The notes beneath the pieces are model-generated. The model saw nothing but the letters and a program-made list of their open reading frames with translations. It was not told where the DNA came from and made no database searches. This document shows, piece by piece, positions 23,208 through 36,100 of a stretch of DNA of 64,000 nt. The DNA is from Chiloscyllium plagiosum. Taxonomy: Eukaryota. The translations under genes were made by a program, and so were the position numbers. Each line of letters starts with the position of its first letter. Position 1 is the stretch's first letter. The stretch is from assembly GCF_004010195.1 (NCBI RefSeq), contig NC_057719.1, positions 9,795,775 through 9,859,774 of the forward strand, in the 5' to 3' direction.

Positions 23208-26200
23208 ATGGCTAGCTATTCACTTCGGTGGTGCACCTGGAATGTCAAGGGGAGTAATTCACCAATCAAAAGGAAGAAGATATTATCAAACCTCAAAAAA
23301 GGAAAGGGTTGATATAGCTCTTTTACAGGAGACACATCTACTTGACAAACAGCACTTAAAATTACAACAGAGTGGATTTGACCAGGCCTTTTTCTCATCT
23401 TTTAGCTCAAAAAGTAGGGGAGTAGTCATTCTCATTCAGAAGAATCTTCCTCTTAAAATCTTAAGCCAGATAAAAGATGAATCTGACAGTAAATACTGAT
23501 CAAATCCCTAATAAATGGAGAGGAGAATGGGATTTTTAATCTTTATTGCCCACCGGTACACCCCTTCAAATTTGTAACAGAAGCGTTCTCCAAGTTGATG
23601 ACTTTTGGAGCCCGCCATACAATTATAGGAGATTTTAATTGTATTTTGGACTCAGAGACACAAAGGATACCCAAGAGTACTATGGGTATATCTCTTAGAT
23701 CCAGACAATTGGCGGATCTGAATAAGGAGCTAGGGCTAGTAGATGTGTGGAGGTGTCTTCACCCCCAGGGCAGAGACTTTATTTTCTACTCTAACCCATA
23801 CAAGTGTCATACTAGAACTGATAATGGTTTTTGCTCCCTCGACCCTTTTGAATTCCATATTGTCCTGCAAAATAGGTAATATAGCAATCTCTGATCATGC
23901 CACAGTATATATGGAAGTTAAGACTAAGGACGATGGGACAGGCCCCGACATTGGCATATGGATTCCTTCTTAATGAAGGATAGCAAATTTATAAAATATT
24001 TTTCTCAAGAATTCGAAGCCTTTTTGGAAATTAATTCAGGTACGGCCAGTAACCCGTCGACATTGTGGGAGACCATTAAGGCTTATGCGCGAGGTTTGTT
24101 CATCTCATATTCTGCGACCCAGAAAAAACAAAAGAGAGAACAACAGTGCCTGCTTGAGACTCGCTTGAAGGCAGCTGAGACAGTGTATGTTGATCGGCTC
24201 TCTATTACTAAGCTACAAAGAATCATAGCCCTTAGGACAGCCTTGAATACCGCACTTATCCAAACAGCAAAGAGGGAAATATTATTCGCAAAGCAGAGAC
24301 TATATGAATATGGCCACAAGCCTGGCAGATACCTAGTATATCTTGCTTGGAAAAAAAAGACTCCTCAAGCTGTCACATCCATTAGGGACTCTGGTACTCT
24401 GACCTGTGACCGTAAAAGGATCAATTCAGCCTTTAGAAAGTTCTATTTTGAACTGTATAAATCGCAGGACTGTGAGGATAGAACTAAGAAGATGGAGCCC
24501 TTCTTTAAAAACTTGGACTTTCCAGATTTAACCTTGGAGCAGGTGTCGATCCTGAATGCCTCCCTGGCAACCCAGGAAGTACTCGACACAATTAGACAGC
24601 TTCAGAGTGGCAAAGCACCTGGACCAGACGGATTCCAGGTTGAATTTTATAAAGAATTCATAGGGGAACTGGCTGGTCCATTTATAGACATGTATAATTA
24701 CTCACATAGTCAGGGCCGCCTCCCACCTTCGTTGAGGGAAGCAAATTTTCTCTCATTCTTAAAAAAGGCCCCAGAAGATTGCTCATCATATAGACCAATA
24801 TCCTTGCTATATGTAGATTTTAAAATCCTTTCTAAAATGTTAGCATTAAGCTTGGAGAGGGTCTTACCATGTATCACAAAAGAGGACCAGACGAGGTTTA
24901 TCAAGGGCATAGATCATCTAACAACATTTGAAGGGTCTTAAATATGATACAAGCCTGTCAACAGGAAAGAATACTGGGGATAGTTGTCTCCTTGGATGCA
25001 GAGAAGGCATTTGACCGGATTGAATGGTCATATCTTTTTGACACATTGGAAAGGTTTGGTGTTGGAGAGGTATTTTCTAAATGGGTCTCAATATTATTCA
25101 ATGATCCTAAAGCAGCCATTATTACCAATGGTTTAGGTTCAGATAGCTTCAGTGTGGGTTGGGGCTTTTGTCAGGGATGTCCTCTCTCACCGTTATTATT
25201 CACACTAATAATTGAACCACTGGCGGAAGCTATACGAACCGACTCGAGCATAGTGGCTCCGAGGGTTGGTTCGGGTAAACATAAAATCACTCTCTGTGCA
25301 GATGATGTCCTCCTTTGATATCCGTGCTCCACTTAATTCAAGTAATTAATCTATTTAGTTTGTTCTCAGGCTATAAAATCAATTTTACAAAATTGGAGGC
25401 CATGCCGTTGGGTGGTCTTGCTCGTGCATCCAATGTATCAGATGGATCTGGTTTTCCCTTTCGGTGGTCACTGCAGGGTTTTCTATACTTAGGTATTTTT
25501 ATCACCCCAGTATTTGGTCAGCTGTAAAAAGCCAATTTTGTGCACCTACTAGAGAAAATAAGGCAGGACCTTCAATGCTGGGGAAATCTCCTGGTTAGGC
25601 AGAATATTCTGCCTCGTCTCTCATATCCTATTAGAATGCTCCCTTTGATGTTACCGAGACTGGCGTTATGTAAACTACACACTTGGTTCCTTTATTTGAA
25701 ATCATAGATGGCCCCTTATCAAATTAGAAAAGTGCAGTTTCCACAAGCAAGGGGAGGACTAGATTTTCCAGACTTTAGGAGGTATCAGTTGAGTTCTCTA
25801 TTAGGCTATGTAGCTGATTGTGGGTCACAAGAGACCCACAATCAATTTGGTTAGACATCGAGACCTCCCAAGCAAAGTTTCCCCTCATCAATCTTTTATT
25901 TTTAGATAAGATGAGAGCTATTATGGACTACTGTAAAAACCCTATTGTATTAAATCCAATTAAAGCCTGGAGGATAATGCGGCAAGATGAGGGTAACCTA
26001 CAAAAAAACCTCTCCTTATATTCCTATAGTGGGAGCATGGGCTTTTCAGCCAGGGCTGACAGACGCTACATTTAAAACCTGGAGGTCCAGAGGCGTCTCT
26101 TGCTTAGGGGACCTGTTCGATGGGGAGGTTATGATGTCTTTTGAGCAGCTGCACCTGAAGTTTGGACTGCCTAATGGAGACCTTTTTCGGTATTTCCAAA

Positions 26201-27270
26201 TACGAGATTATATACAGAAGAAGATCACATTATCAGACAGTCCCTACAAATCGGATAGGGAGAGAGGAGTGCTATGGCCAATGGGTCGACCCTCGGTCAG
26301 TACTCTTTATCACTCATTACATAATGAGGTATCGAAAGACATGGAACAACTGTTTAAAACATGGAACCAGGAATTGGGGTTAGAAACCCCTCCAGAAATA
26401 TGGGAGGACATCTAGAAAAATGCCAGAAAGATCTCTATTTGTAAAAGAACTCAAGCTATTCAATTAAAGATACTCCACAGGGCTCATATAGTACCAGAAT
26501 GACTGGCAAAATTTAGGGTAAGGACATCCCCAATGTGTCCTAAATGTAAAATAGAAGTGGGCACTCTCACGCACTGTTAATGGACATGTCACAAGATCCG
26601 TAAGTACTGGGACAGAGGAGCAAATGCTCTGACAGAAATCTTGAGAACGGAGATTGGATTGGATCCAGTGTCTCTTCTCCTGGGCTTTTCAAATCTGCCC
26701 TACCTGGATGTGCATGGGAGGAAACTATTCTCCATTCTCTCTTTCTATGTAAGGAAAAATATCTTAGTTAATTGGGTACCTGAGGGCTCTCCAGGATTTT
26801 CGAATTGGCACAATCATGGAATGTATTCCCCTTAGTGGGTGGCACGGTGGTACAGTGGTTAGCACTGCTGCCTCACAGTGCCTGAGATCCGGGTTCAATT
26901 CCAGCCTCAGGCGACTGACTGTGTGGAGTTTGCACGTTCTCCCCGTGTCTGCGTGGGTTTCCTCTGGGTGCTCCGGTTTCCTCCCACAGTCCAAAGATGT
27001 CCAGGTCAGGTGAACTGGCCATGCTAAATTGCCCGTAGTGTGAGGTAAGGGGTAAATGTAGGGGCATGGGTGGGTTGCGCTTCGGCGGGGCGGTGTGGAC
27101 TTGTTGGGCCGAAGGGCCTGTTTCCACGCTATAATGTAATCTAATCTAATCTTGACTTCCTCACAAACATGGTGTACCAAAAAACTGAATTATTCTAAAA
27201 AATATGGCAGCCCTTTCTGAACTATATAGACACAAATATTTCGGTCATTTTGTCAAGGGCTTTTATCTAG
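23208..27270 (+). pseudogene. L1 ORF2p remnant (APE endonuclease, RT, C-terminal Cys motif), many disablements, interrupted by a SINE
   Basis: WNVKG, DIALLQETHL, IIGDFNCIL, ISDH, GKAPGPDGF, YRPISLL, SLDAEKAFDRIEW, QGCPLSPLLF, LCADDVLL, CPKC...HC. Confidence 0.92.
26836..27150 (+). mobile_element. Young HE1-type SINE inserted in L1 ORF2
   Basis: Intact head, retained CpGs, (aatct)n tail; L1 reading MECIPL...LDFLT resumes after it. Confidence 0.92.
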
Positions 27271-27924
27271 TTGCGGTCGTGGTTCTGGCTGGTCCGGGAG
27301 GGCCCCGGGGGGAGGAATCCCGTATAAACACGGGTTTTTATTATGACTTGATGTTAATCCATTTTGAGTACATACTTAATTATTACATTATTTCTTACTA
27401 GTAATGCAAGGTATCTTATTTTATGCTTTGGTTGTTTGTAGGATAGATTAGTAGTTAGCTGAGTATTTTTTCTCTTTTTTTCTTTTGCTGTGTTTTGGTT
27501 ATTATTCATTTCTTTTTATATATATATAGAAAATTGTATATTAGTGTTTATACTTGTTTGTATTACACAGCAACCACATTACTGTGGGTCTGGAGTCACA
27601 TGCAGGCCAAACCAGGTAAGGATGGCAATTTCCTTCCGTAAAGGACATTAGTGAACCAAATGGGCTCTTTCCCCAACAATTAACTAATGGTCGTCATTAG
27701 ACTCATAATTCCAGGTTTTTTATTGAATTCAGATTTCACCATCCGCCCTGACAGGATTTGAATCCAGGTTAACAGTCCAGCAATTACACCGCTAGGCCGT
27801 CTGCCAACCTCATCATAACTGCTGTTAAGGTGTTTCAAGCCTCTGTCTTTGACCAATGCTCCAGTGTGAATAGCTGGTTGTGTGGTTTAGTGTCAAATGT
27901 TGTTTAATGATTTTTTAAAAATTA

Positions 27925-28247
27925 ATGTCTGCAGTGTGGAAGCTGGCCATTGGCCTATTGAGTCCACATCAACTCTCCAAACACTATCTCACACCATCAC
28001 TGCATTTCCCATGGCTAACACACATAACCTAAAAATCCATGGACACTGTAGACAATTTAGCTTGGCAATCCACCTAACCTGCCCATCTTTGAACTGTGGG
28101 AGGAAACTGGAGCACCTGGAGGAAACCCACAGAGACACGGGGAGAACGTGCAAACTCCACACAGATGGTCACCAGAGCATGGAATTGAACTCATGTCCTT
28201 TGCATTGTCAGGCAGCAGTGCTAATCATTGAGCCACCGTGCCACCCC
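27925..28247 (-). mobile_element. HE1-type SINE
   Basis: gagccaccgtgccaccc at the right end; body matches other copies. Confidence 0.85.
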
Positions 28248-28584
28248 TATTTCTGCAAAGTGTCATGGTACGTTTCTCAAGGTGCTATACAGATGTACAC
28301 CATTGACCCTTGGTAAAGAAGGAATTGCTGAAGCAGTAACCAAACACCCTTCCAAGTAAGGAATTCATGATGCAGACTCATAATGTATCAACTGAGGGAA
28401 GGTTCAGGGTGAAGGTGAGGGAATGGGGGCAGAGGGGGAGGAGGGAAAGGATGGGAGTTAGGGATGAAAACCCAGAAGGCAGCACACTAATGCACACCAC
28501 CCAGCTGAAACTAGCTGCTGAACAGCCAATCCATCTGGAACAGGTGGCAGCAACAGCACAGATGATTGGGAGCAGATTGTGCAC

Positions 28585-29117
28585 TTAAAACCCCACCCCT
28601 CTCCCTAACCTGATTTAACCCCCGACCCCCTCTCCCTAACCTGATTAAAACCCCACCCCTCTCCCTAACCTGATTTAACCCCCGACCCCCTCTCCCTAAC
28701 CTGATTAAAACCCCACCCCTCTCCCTAACCTGATTTAACCCCCGACCCCCTCTCCCTAACCTGATTAAAACCCCACCCCTCTCCCTAACCTGATTTAACC
28801 CCCGACCCCCTCTCCCTAACCTGATTAAAACCCCACCCCTCTCCCTAACCTGATTTAACCCCCGACCCCCTCTCCCTAACCTGATTAAAACCCCACCCCT
28901 CTCCCTAACCTGATTTAACCCCCGACCCCCTCTCCCTAACCTGATTAAAACCCCACCCCTCTCCCTAACCTGATTTAACCCCCCCCTCACTAACCTATTA
29001 AACCCCCAACCCTCTCTCACTAACCTGATTAAAACCCCACCCTTTTCACTAACCTGATTAAACCCCTCCCTCACTAATCTGATTAAATCCCCCCACCTCT
29101 CTCACTAACCTGATTAA
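28585..29117. repeat. Minisatellite: two ~30-bp variants alternating as a perfect 60-bp higher-order repeat (~6.5 copies), then degenerate monomers
   Basis: Sequence lines 28621-28980 are identical: cccgaccccctctccctaacctgattaaaaccccacccctctccctaacctgatttaacc. Confidence 0.97.
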
Positions 29118-29649
29118 GAATGCATTCCAAAAACAAACACCAGCCTTTAAGAAGGGATCTTATTCTTCCAAATTAAATGACTAAGACTTTGAAAGGTTCT
29201 AGCCAGTGTCAATTTGGAATAACTTTAAACTATTGACCGGATAATTATTCTCCTATTAGCTAACATGGAGAACCGATAGATCAACAGCTGTGTGACTCTA
29301 CTTATCCAAACACTTCCTTGTGATTTTCCATTTTTTCACAGCTCATTCAGAACATAGAACAGTACAGCCCAGGAACGGGCCCTTCAGCCCATGATGTTGA
29401 GCTGAACATGACGCCAAATAAAACTAATCCCTTCTGCCTGCCCTTGGTCCATATCCCTCCAATCCTTGCACGTTCATGTATTTATCTGAACGCCCCTTAA
29501 ACACCCCTATTGTATCTGCTGGACTCAGTTGTGTCACAAGTTTCCAGACAACATGATTGTGGACGTCATAAATTTAAAGGCATGCTCGCACCGGCGGCCA
29601 AACTGAGCACTAATTCCGCAATCTGTGGGAAGGGTGTTTAACAATACAG

Positions 29650-30347
29650 CAGAAAGTGAGGACTGCAGATGCTGGAGATCAGAGTCGAGAGTGTGGTGCT
29701 GGAAGAGCACAGCCGATCAGGCAGCATCTGAGCAGCAGGAGAATCGATGTTTCGGGCATAAGCCCTTCATCAGGGTGAATGAATCCTGATGAAGGACTTA
29801 TGCCCAAAACGTCGATTCTCTTGCTCCTTGGATGCTGCCTGGCCTGCTGTGATTTTCCAGCACCACACTCTCGACTCTGTTCAACAATACACTGATTTCC
29901 ATCTGTCCTCTGCTGCTCTTTCCTTCATGCACCAATCTCCAAGGCTGCAGTTGGCCAAATGGCCAGGTTGCACTGCCATCTTCGCCTCCACCCCTTTTTA
30001 TTTTTTTGGCTATGATAAACCCAGATCAAAGGGTGCCCCAACTACCTGCTATCTATCCTTGTGCAGTCCCTTTGATGCTACCCTCACTGCCAACAGCCAG
30101 CCCGTGCCAGTGTGTTCTTGCACTGTCAGACCCAAGGATCAGCTCATAATGAAGTTGGAAACTGGAGTCCATGGCAACACGACGCCTGGAGGAAGTGCGA
30201 CTCATCTTCCGCCTAGGAACCCTCCAACCACAAGGGATGAATGCAGATTTCTCCAGGCTCCTTGGATGCTGCCTGACCTGCTGCGCTTTTTCCAGCAACA
30301 CATTTTTCAGCTCTGATCTCCAGCATCTGCAGTCCTCTCTTTCTCCT
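29650..30347. mobile_element. Family-B fold-back element (29650-29878) and adjacent Penelope 3' ORF fragment (~29940-30347)
   Basis: ~100-bp inverted arms around 29774-29784; peptide ATRRLEEVRLIFRLGTLQPQGMNADFS typical of the C-terminus of the Penelope GIY-YIG domain. Confidence 0.85.
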
Positions 30348-30364
30348 GTCCTTGGATTAGCAAT

Positions 30365-30692
30365 AGATTAGATTCCCTACAGTTTGGGAACAGGCCCATC
30401 AGCCTAACAAGTCCACACTGACCCTCCAAAGAGGAGCTCACCCAGACCCATTCCCCTACCCTATGTTTACCCCGACTAACACACCTAACAGTTTGGGCAA
30501 TTTAGCATGGCCAATTCACCTAACCTGCTCATCTTTGGATTGTGGGAGGAAAGCGGAGCACCCGGAGGAAACTCATGCAGACACGGGGAAATGTGCAAGC
30601 TCCACACAGACGGTCACCCAAGATAGGACTTAAACCCTGGTCCCTAGCCCTGTGAGGTATCAGTGCTAACCACTGAGCCACCATGCCACCCC
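30365..30692 (-). mobile_element. HE1-type SINE
   Basis: agattagattccctacag tail; cactgagccaccatgccaccc head. Confidence 0.88.
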
Positions 30693-31856
30693 AATAAGGG
30701 AGCAGCGTTGCATGAAGACTGATAGATGAGTTCAGTGTTTTCACCATCAGATTAAAAGCAAGTTAGCAACGCATACCTTCTGAAACCCTATGTTGGGGAT
30801 GGCAGACAACTTATTATTCATCCTGGCAGAAAGGAACATAAACACATCAAAAGATTAATTGAGTCATTTACGTAGAAACTACAGCCAACAGAGTAAAAAC
30901 CAGCTGTGTACTTAAATGTACTGACAATAGTAGCAGTCTGAAACAATGAGTCCTGTTCCCATACATTTCACGCAGATTATATTATTCACAAAGGAGCATC
31001 CATCTCAATGTGTGAAGAAGTCTGTTCGAATTCAGACACATGAGCAAGTTCATTGATTTAATGTCCGATACAGACTCAGTAACTTGCGCATTCCCTTTAG
31101 ATCTGTATCTTGTTTCTGTGAAGATGCTTATTCTCCAATGAATTCAAACAGGTACGTTTCTGAGGAGTTAGTGACCCCTCCTCCCCTCACTGGTTGCCTT
31201 GGGTTGAACTCTGGAATTCTCTTGCTAAATCTCGGCCTTTCTCTCTCTCCTCCTTAAAGGAGCAACTTAAAGCCTACTATCTCTTTGACCAACTTTCTGC
31301 CTATTTGCTCAGTTATCTGCTGATGTAGCTCTGTGTTCAGCTTTATTACTTTACTCCAAGTGCCTTGGGACATATTATCATGCAATTATGCAATTGTGAA
31401 TGAGGCCATTTGGCCCAGTAGTCTATGCTGGTTGTCTGTACAGCAATCTAATCAGTCCCATATCTCGCTCTACCCATGTAGCCCTCCAATTTTAATTCCA
31501 TCAATGCCTATCCAATCTCCTCTCATAATAATTAACAAAGCAGCAGCCAACATGGTAATGATTCCAAATCATTGCTGGGTAAGAAAGATATTTCTCGCAT
31601 CCTCCCTTTCATCTCTCTCCAAAATCTACGTCTGCTAGTCTTTGTTCGAGCAGCCGAATGGGAACAACTTCTCTTTGTTTAGCTATCAATAGGCTCACTC
31701 TTTCCAGATCATCAGCGGGAGAGCTGGGAGTGACATGAGGAAAAGCTTCATAACTCAGAGTATAGGATTTGGAAAGGTGCTGCCTGGGAGAGTGGTGGAG
31801 GCAGTTTTCAGAGGGCTGGAAGAGGGCTGGAAATATATTTGGAAGTTTAGAGGGCT

Positions 31857-32920
31857 AGTGGGAATACAGGGAGAACTAGCCATTTGGATACGGAACTGGC
31901 TCAAAGGTAGAAGACAGAGGGTGGTGGTGGAGGGTTGTTTTTCAGACTGGAGGCCTGTGACCAGTGGAGTGCCACAAGGATCGGTGCTGGGTCCACTACT
32001 TTTCATCATTTATATAAATTATTTGGATGTGAGCATAAGAGGTACTGTTAGTAAATTTGCAGATTACTCCAAAATTGGAGGTGTAGTAGACAGCGAAGAA
32101 GGTTACCTCAGATTACAATGGGATCTGGACCAGATGGGCCAATGGGCTGAGAAGTGGCAGATGGAGTTTAATTCAGATAAATGTGAGGTGCTGCATTTTG
32201 GGAAAGCAAATCTTAGGAGTGCAGGTTCATAGCTCCTTGAAAGTGGAGTCGTAGGTAGATAGGATAGTGAAGAAGGCGTTTGGTAAGCTTTCTTTTATTG
32301 GTCAGAGTATTGAGTACAGGAGTTGGGAGGTCATGTTGCGGCTGTACAGGACATTGGCTAGGCCACTGTTGGAATATTGCGTGCAATTCTGGTCTCCTTC
32401 CCTATCGAAAGGATATTGTGAAACTTGGAAGGGTTCAGAAAAGATTTACAAGGATGTTGCCAGGATTGGAGGATTTGAGCTATATGGAGAGGTTGAATAG
32501 GCTGGGGCTGTTTTCCCTGGAGCGTTGGAGGCTGAGGGGTGACCTTATAGAGGTTTACAAAATCCGTTGATGATCTGGATACGATAAATAGAAAAAGTCT
32601 CTTCTTGGGGTCGGGGAGTCCAGAACTAGAGGGCATAGGTTTAGGGTGAGAGGGGAAATATATAAAAGAGACCTAAGGGGTAACTTTTTCCACACAGAGG
32701 GTGGTATGTGTATGGAATGAGCTGCGAGAGGATGTGGTGGAGGTTGGTACAATTACAACATTTAAAAGGCATTTGGATGGGTATATGAATAGGAAGGGTT
32801 TGAAGGGATATGGGTCAGGTTCTGGCAGGTGGGACTAGATTGGGTTGGGATATCTGGTTGGCATGGACAAGTTGGACCGAAGGGTCTGTTTCCGTGCTGT
32901 ACATCTCTATGACTCTATGA
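31857..32920 (+). mobile_element. CR1/HER1 5'-truncated LINE (RT C-terminal half and 3' UTR)
   Basis: GIQGELAIWIRNWLKGRRQRVVVEG...SGVPQGSVLGPLLF; ctctatgactctatga tail. Confidence 0.93.
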
Positions 32921-33234
32921 TAGGGCTGGAGACTGGGACGAATTGGGGAGCTTTTTTTGGGAGCTGATACTGACACATTGAGCTGAATGGTCTCCTTCTA
33001 TACCGTGAAACTCAATGACTTGTTCACGTCTGTCAAATCTCCCCATAATCTTCTTTGCTCAAGGTAGAAGAATTGCTCTTCTCCAAAGTAACCGTGTAAT
33101 CAACCCCACCATTTACTTCCCATTTCCCTCTACCATTCTGGTAAACTGCAGCACCCTCTCAAGGGCCTTTCCAAAGTGTACCAAGCAGGTTTGGACTCAC
33201 TACTCTAGTTGTGACTTAGCTCGAGCTTTAACCT

Positions 33235-33445
33235 AGACAAACGCAGCAATTGCTGGATACGCCCAGCAGGACTGGCAGCACCTGTGGAGAGAAATCAGAG
33301 TTCACACTGAGGAAGGGTCAGTCGAGTCCAAACGTTAACCCTGATTTCTCTCCACAGATGCTGCCAGACCTGCTGAACTTGTCCAGCAATCTCTGTTTTT
33401 GTCTCTGATTTACAGCATCCACACTTCTTTTGGTTTTTATTTAGA
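33235..33445. mobile_element. Fold-back family-C Penelope-type element
   Basis: ctggcagcacctgtggagagaaatcagagtt / aaccctgatttctctccacagatgctgccag arms around a degenerate CTGAGGA-A-GGGTC...AAACGTT core. Confidence 0.75.
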
Positions 33446-33856
33446 GATTTAACACGTTCAACTAACTCCTTCGTTTTTGAACCCAAGACCTCTATCTATG
33501 AAGCCCAAGGAGTGTGGTTTAAGGGTCTGAGAGGGGTGTTGAGGAGGGAGGAGGTATTCAGGCCATCTCAAGAAAGTGGTTAGTACTGGGAATCCTTTCT
33601 ATCTACCGCTCCACTCTCAAAGGCTTATACCACTCCTTGGGCTTGATAAATCCTGGTCTTTATTGGAATTTACAGCCGTAAGGATGAGTACGATTTTAGG
33701 AGAATCTGGACTAGCTTTCTCTTAGACCAGGAACTGCCCCCTTACACTCCTCAGCTTCTGATTCACATCACCGATCCATCTACAGGCCTGTTGGAGCAGA
33801 TTGTGTACAACAGACAGAGAGAAGCTGTTCCCTCTATGAAAGAAGATAAACGAATG

Positions 33857-34170
33857 GGCTGGTATGGTGGCTCAGTGGTTAGCACTGCTGCCTGATAGAA
33901 TAAGGGACCTGGGTTCAATCCCACCCTTGGGCAACTGGCTGTGTGGAGTTTGCACTTTCTCCTCATTTGTGTGTGGGCTTTCTTCACGTGTCCCAATTTC
34001 TTCCCACAGTCCAATGATGTACAAGTTAGATGGACGGACAATGGGAAATTGTCTCAGGATGTGTGGGCTAGCCATGGGAAATGCAGGTGGGGTTGGAATA
34101 GGATACTCTTCAGAGGGTTGGTGTAGACTTGATGGGCTGTACAGCATGCGACATACAATAGGAATTCTTT
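33857..34170 (+). mobile_element. HE1-type SINE
   Basis: ggtggctcagtggttagcactgctgcct...gggttcaatcc head. Confidence 0.85.
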
Positions 34171-35764
34171 GAAGAGTGAGAGGGTATTGTTTTAAAGAAA
34201 TGTACAAATGAAGCACAGGTGACATGAGAAAATCCTTTTTCAAACAGCAAGTGATTATGGAATGGAATGTGCTGCCTGGAAATGGGGTGGAGGAAGGTTC
34301 GATCATTGGATGGTTATTTGGGTAGAAATAGTGTGCAGGAATATGGGGGAGATTGGCATGACTTAATAGAACCAGTGCAAGCACGATGGGCTGAATGGCC
34401 TCCTTCTGCGTTGTAACAATTTTGTGATCCTATTCAGGTGACGAGATGCTTCTCACCATCTTCCTGTTGCTCTAAAGTGCACTGCAGATGGTTCACCATC
34501 TTTGTTCCAAAATTACTCAGTCAGCTAACTTTGTGAATTCTAGCAGGTACATATTATTGTACTGAAATCAGTGCCAAGTATTCCCACGTTGCAATGATCT
34601 AAGCAAGTGACTACGGCAATCAACATCTGGCGATAAATAATGTTACAAAACAGAAAATAGAACGCAAAGGGACATTGTGGTTTACAGACACGAAATGAAG
34701 CGGTTTTATTTTGCATTGGAGTATGCAAGTGTTAAGCAAATTCCAAATGTCAAAGTTTCCTGGCAAAAACAACAATTATCCTTTGATTTACCAGAGCCTC
34801 TTTAGTTCCCCATTAAGGTGCTGAACATTTCCTGTGTGCACATTTAAGTTAATCGCAGCAATACGTCACAGACATTTCTATTGGGAAGTAAATGAAAAGG
34901 CGTTTAAGCCATCAATCAGCAACCAATTCATTTCCCTATGGGGGTGAGGAGAGATAATCAAAGTTAAACTGGTGATGTTCTTATACACCTGCAAACAGTC
35001 AAGTACACAGCAGGGCTAGTTGAATACCGAAGAAGCAAGCTACTCCCTCGTAAAATCTCAGCTTTCAACTTCCTGACTTCAGAAAAGTATTGAAACTGTG
35101 CTCATTTGTCCATTGCTTAAAAAAAACGAAACCTCAGGGAGCCCATGAGTGCTTTATCACTAATAAGGTACTTTAAAGGTGCTCTAAAATAGGAAACATA
35201 GCAGTCAATCTGCACATTGCAAGCTCTCAGACAAAATATTAACATTCAAGATAGGAGCAGAAGTCGACCACTCAATAAGATCATGCCTGATCTGTCTGTG
35301 CTTTGAATTCCACATTCCCAACCGCCTCCAATAAACTTTGATCCCCTTGCCGAACAAGAATCTCGATATTTTCCCACTCAACATGTTCAGAGGTGTTATT
35401 ACACACCTCTAAAGCATCCCATGAATGATGTTTTTAAACAAGTCTCTGCTTTAGTACTCAAAACCTCTCACTATAACAGCCAACACACTATTTGTCTTCT
35501 TCGTCATCAGCTGCACCTGCAATGCTTACTTTCAGTGGCTGGCACAAGGACACTAGTCAATGCTGCACATCCCCCTTTCCAATCTACCATGATTCACATA
35601 ATAATCACCTCCCTAATTTTGCTACCCAAGTGGATAGCCTCACATTTTTCCAGATTACACTTCATCTGCCCACTCACCTCCACATGGCCAAATCACACTG
35701 AATCATCCTTACATCTTCCTCACATTTTACCCTCCCGCCCAGCCATGTGTCGTCTGCAAACTTC

Positions 35765-36100
35765 ATAGAATCATAGAATCCCTACAGTGTAGAAGCCAGA
35801 CATTCAGCCCATCAAGTCCACATCAGCCGTCCAAAGAGCATCCCACCTGTACCCACCCACCCCGCCCCACTCCATTCTTGTAACCCTGCATTTCCCATGG
35901 CTAATTCACTGAACTTATACACCCCTGGACACTATGGGCAATTTAGCATGGCCAATCTACCTAACCTATACATCTTTGGACCGCAGGAGGAATACGAAAG
36001 AATGTGCAAACTTCACACAGACAGTCACTCAAGAGCAGAATCAAACCCGGCTCCCTGACGCTGTGAGACAGCAGTGCTAATTATTGAACCACTGTGCCAT
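35765..36100 (-). mobile_element. HE1-type SINE
   Basis: catagaatcatagaatccctacagtgt tail; reverse head at 36040-36100. Confidence 0.85.

Larger units (their letters stand above)
21499..27570 (+). mobile_element. Near full-length, disrupted L1-clade LINE, antisense to NRXN3
   Basis: ORF1 and ORF2 remnants in order; flanked by direct repeat caaccaca (21491-21498, 27571-27578) that splits an older repeat; CpG-rich 5' part. Confidence 0.93.

Noticed and set aside
23958..24941. 327-aa ORF as a possible active or domesticated gene
   Set aside because: Longest surviving piece of a multiply frameshifted L1 ORF2.
26836..26910. tRNA-like sequences with A and B boxes (many copies)
   Set aside because: Heads of tRNA-derived SINEs continuing into SINE bodies; not tRNA genes.
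28585..28980. Regular repeat array resembling CRISPR
   Set aside because: No unique spacers; vertebrate minisatellite.
28511..29074. 187-aa repetitive ORF (GGVLIRLGRGGRGLNQVRER)n
   Set aside because: Translation of the 60-bp minisatellite; no gene context.
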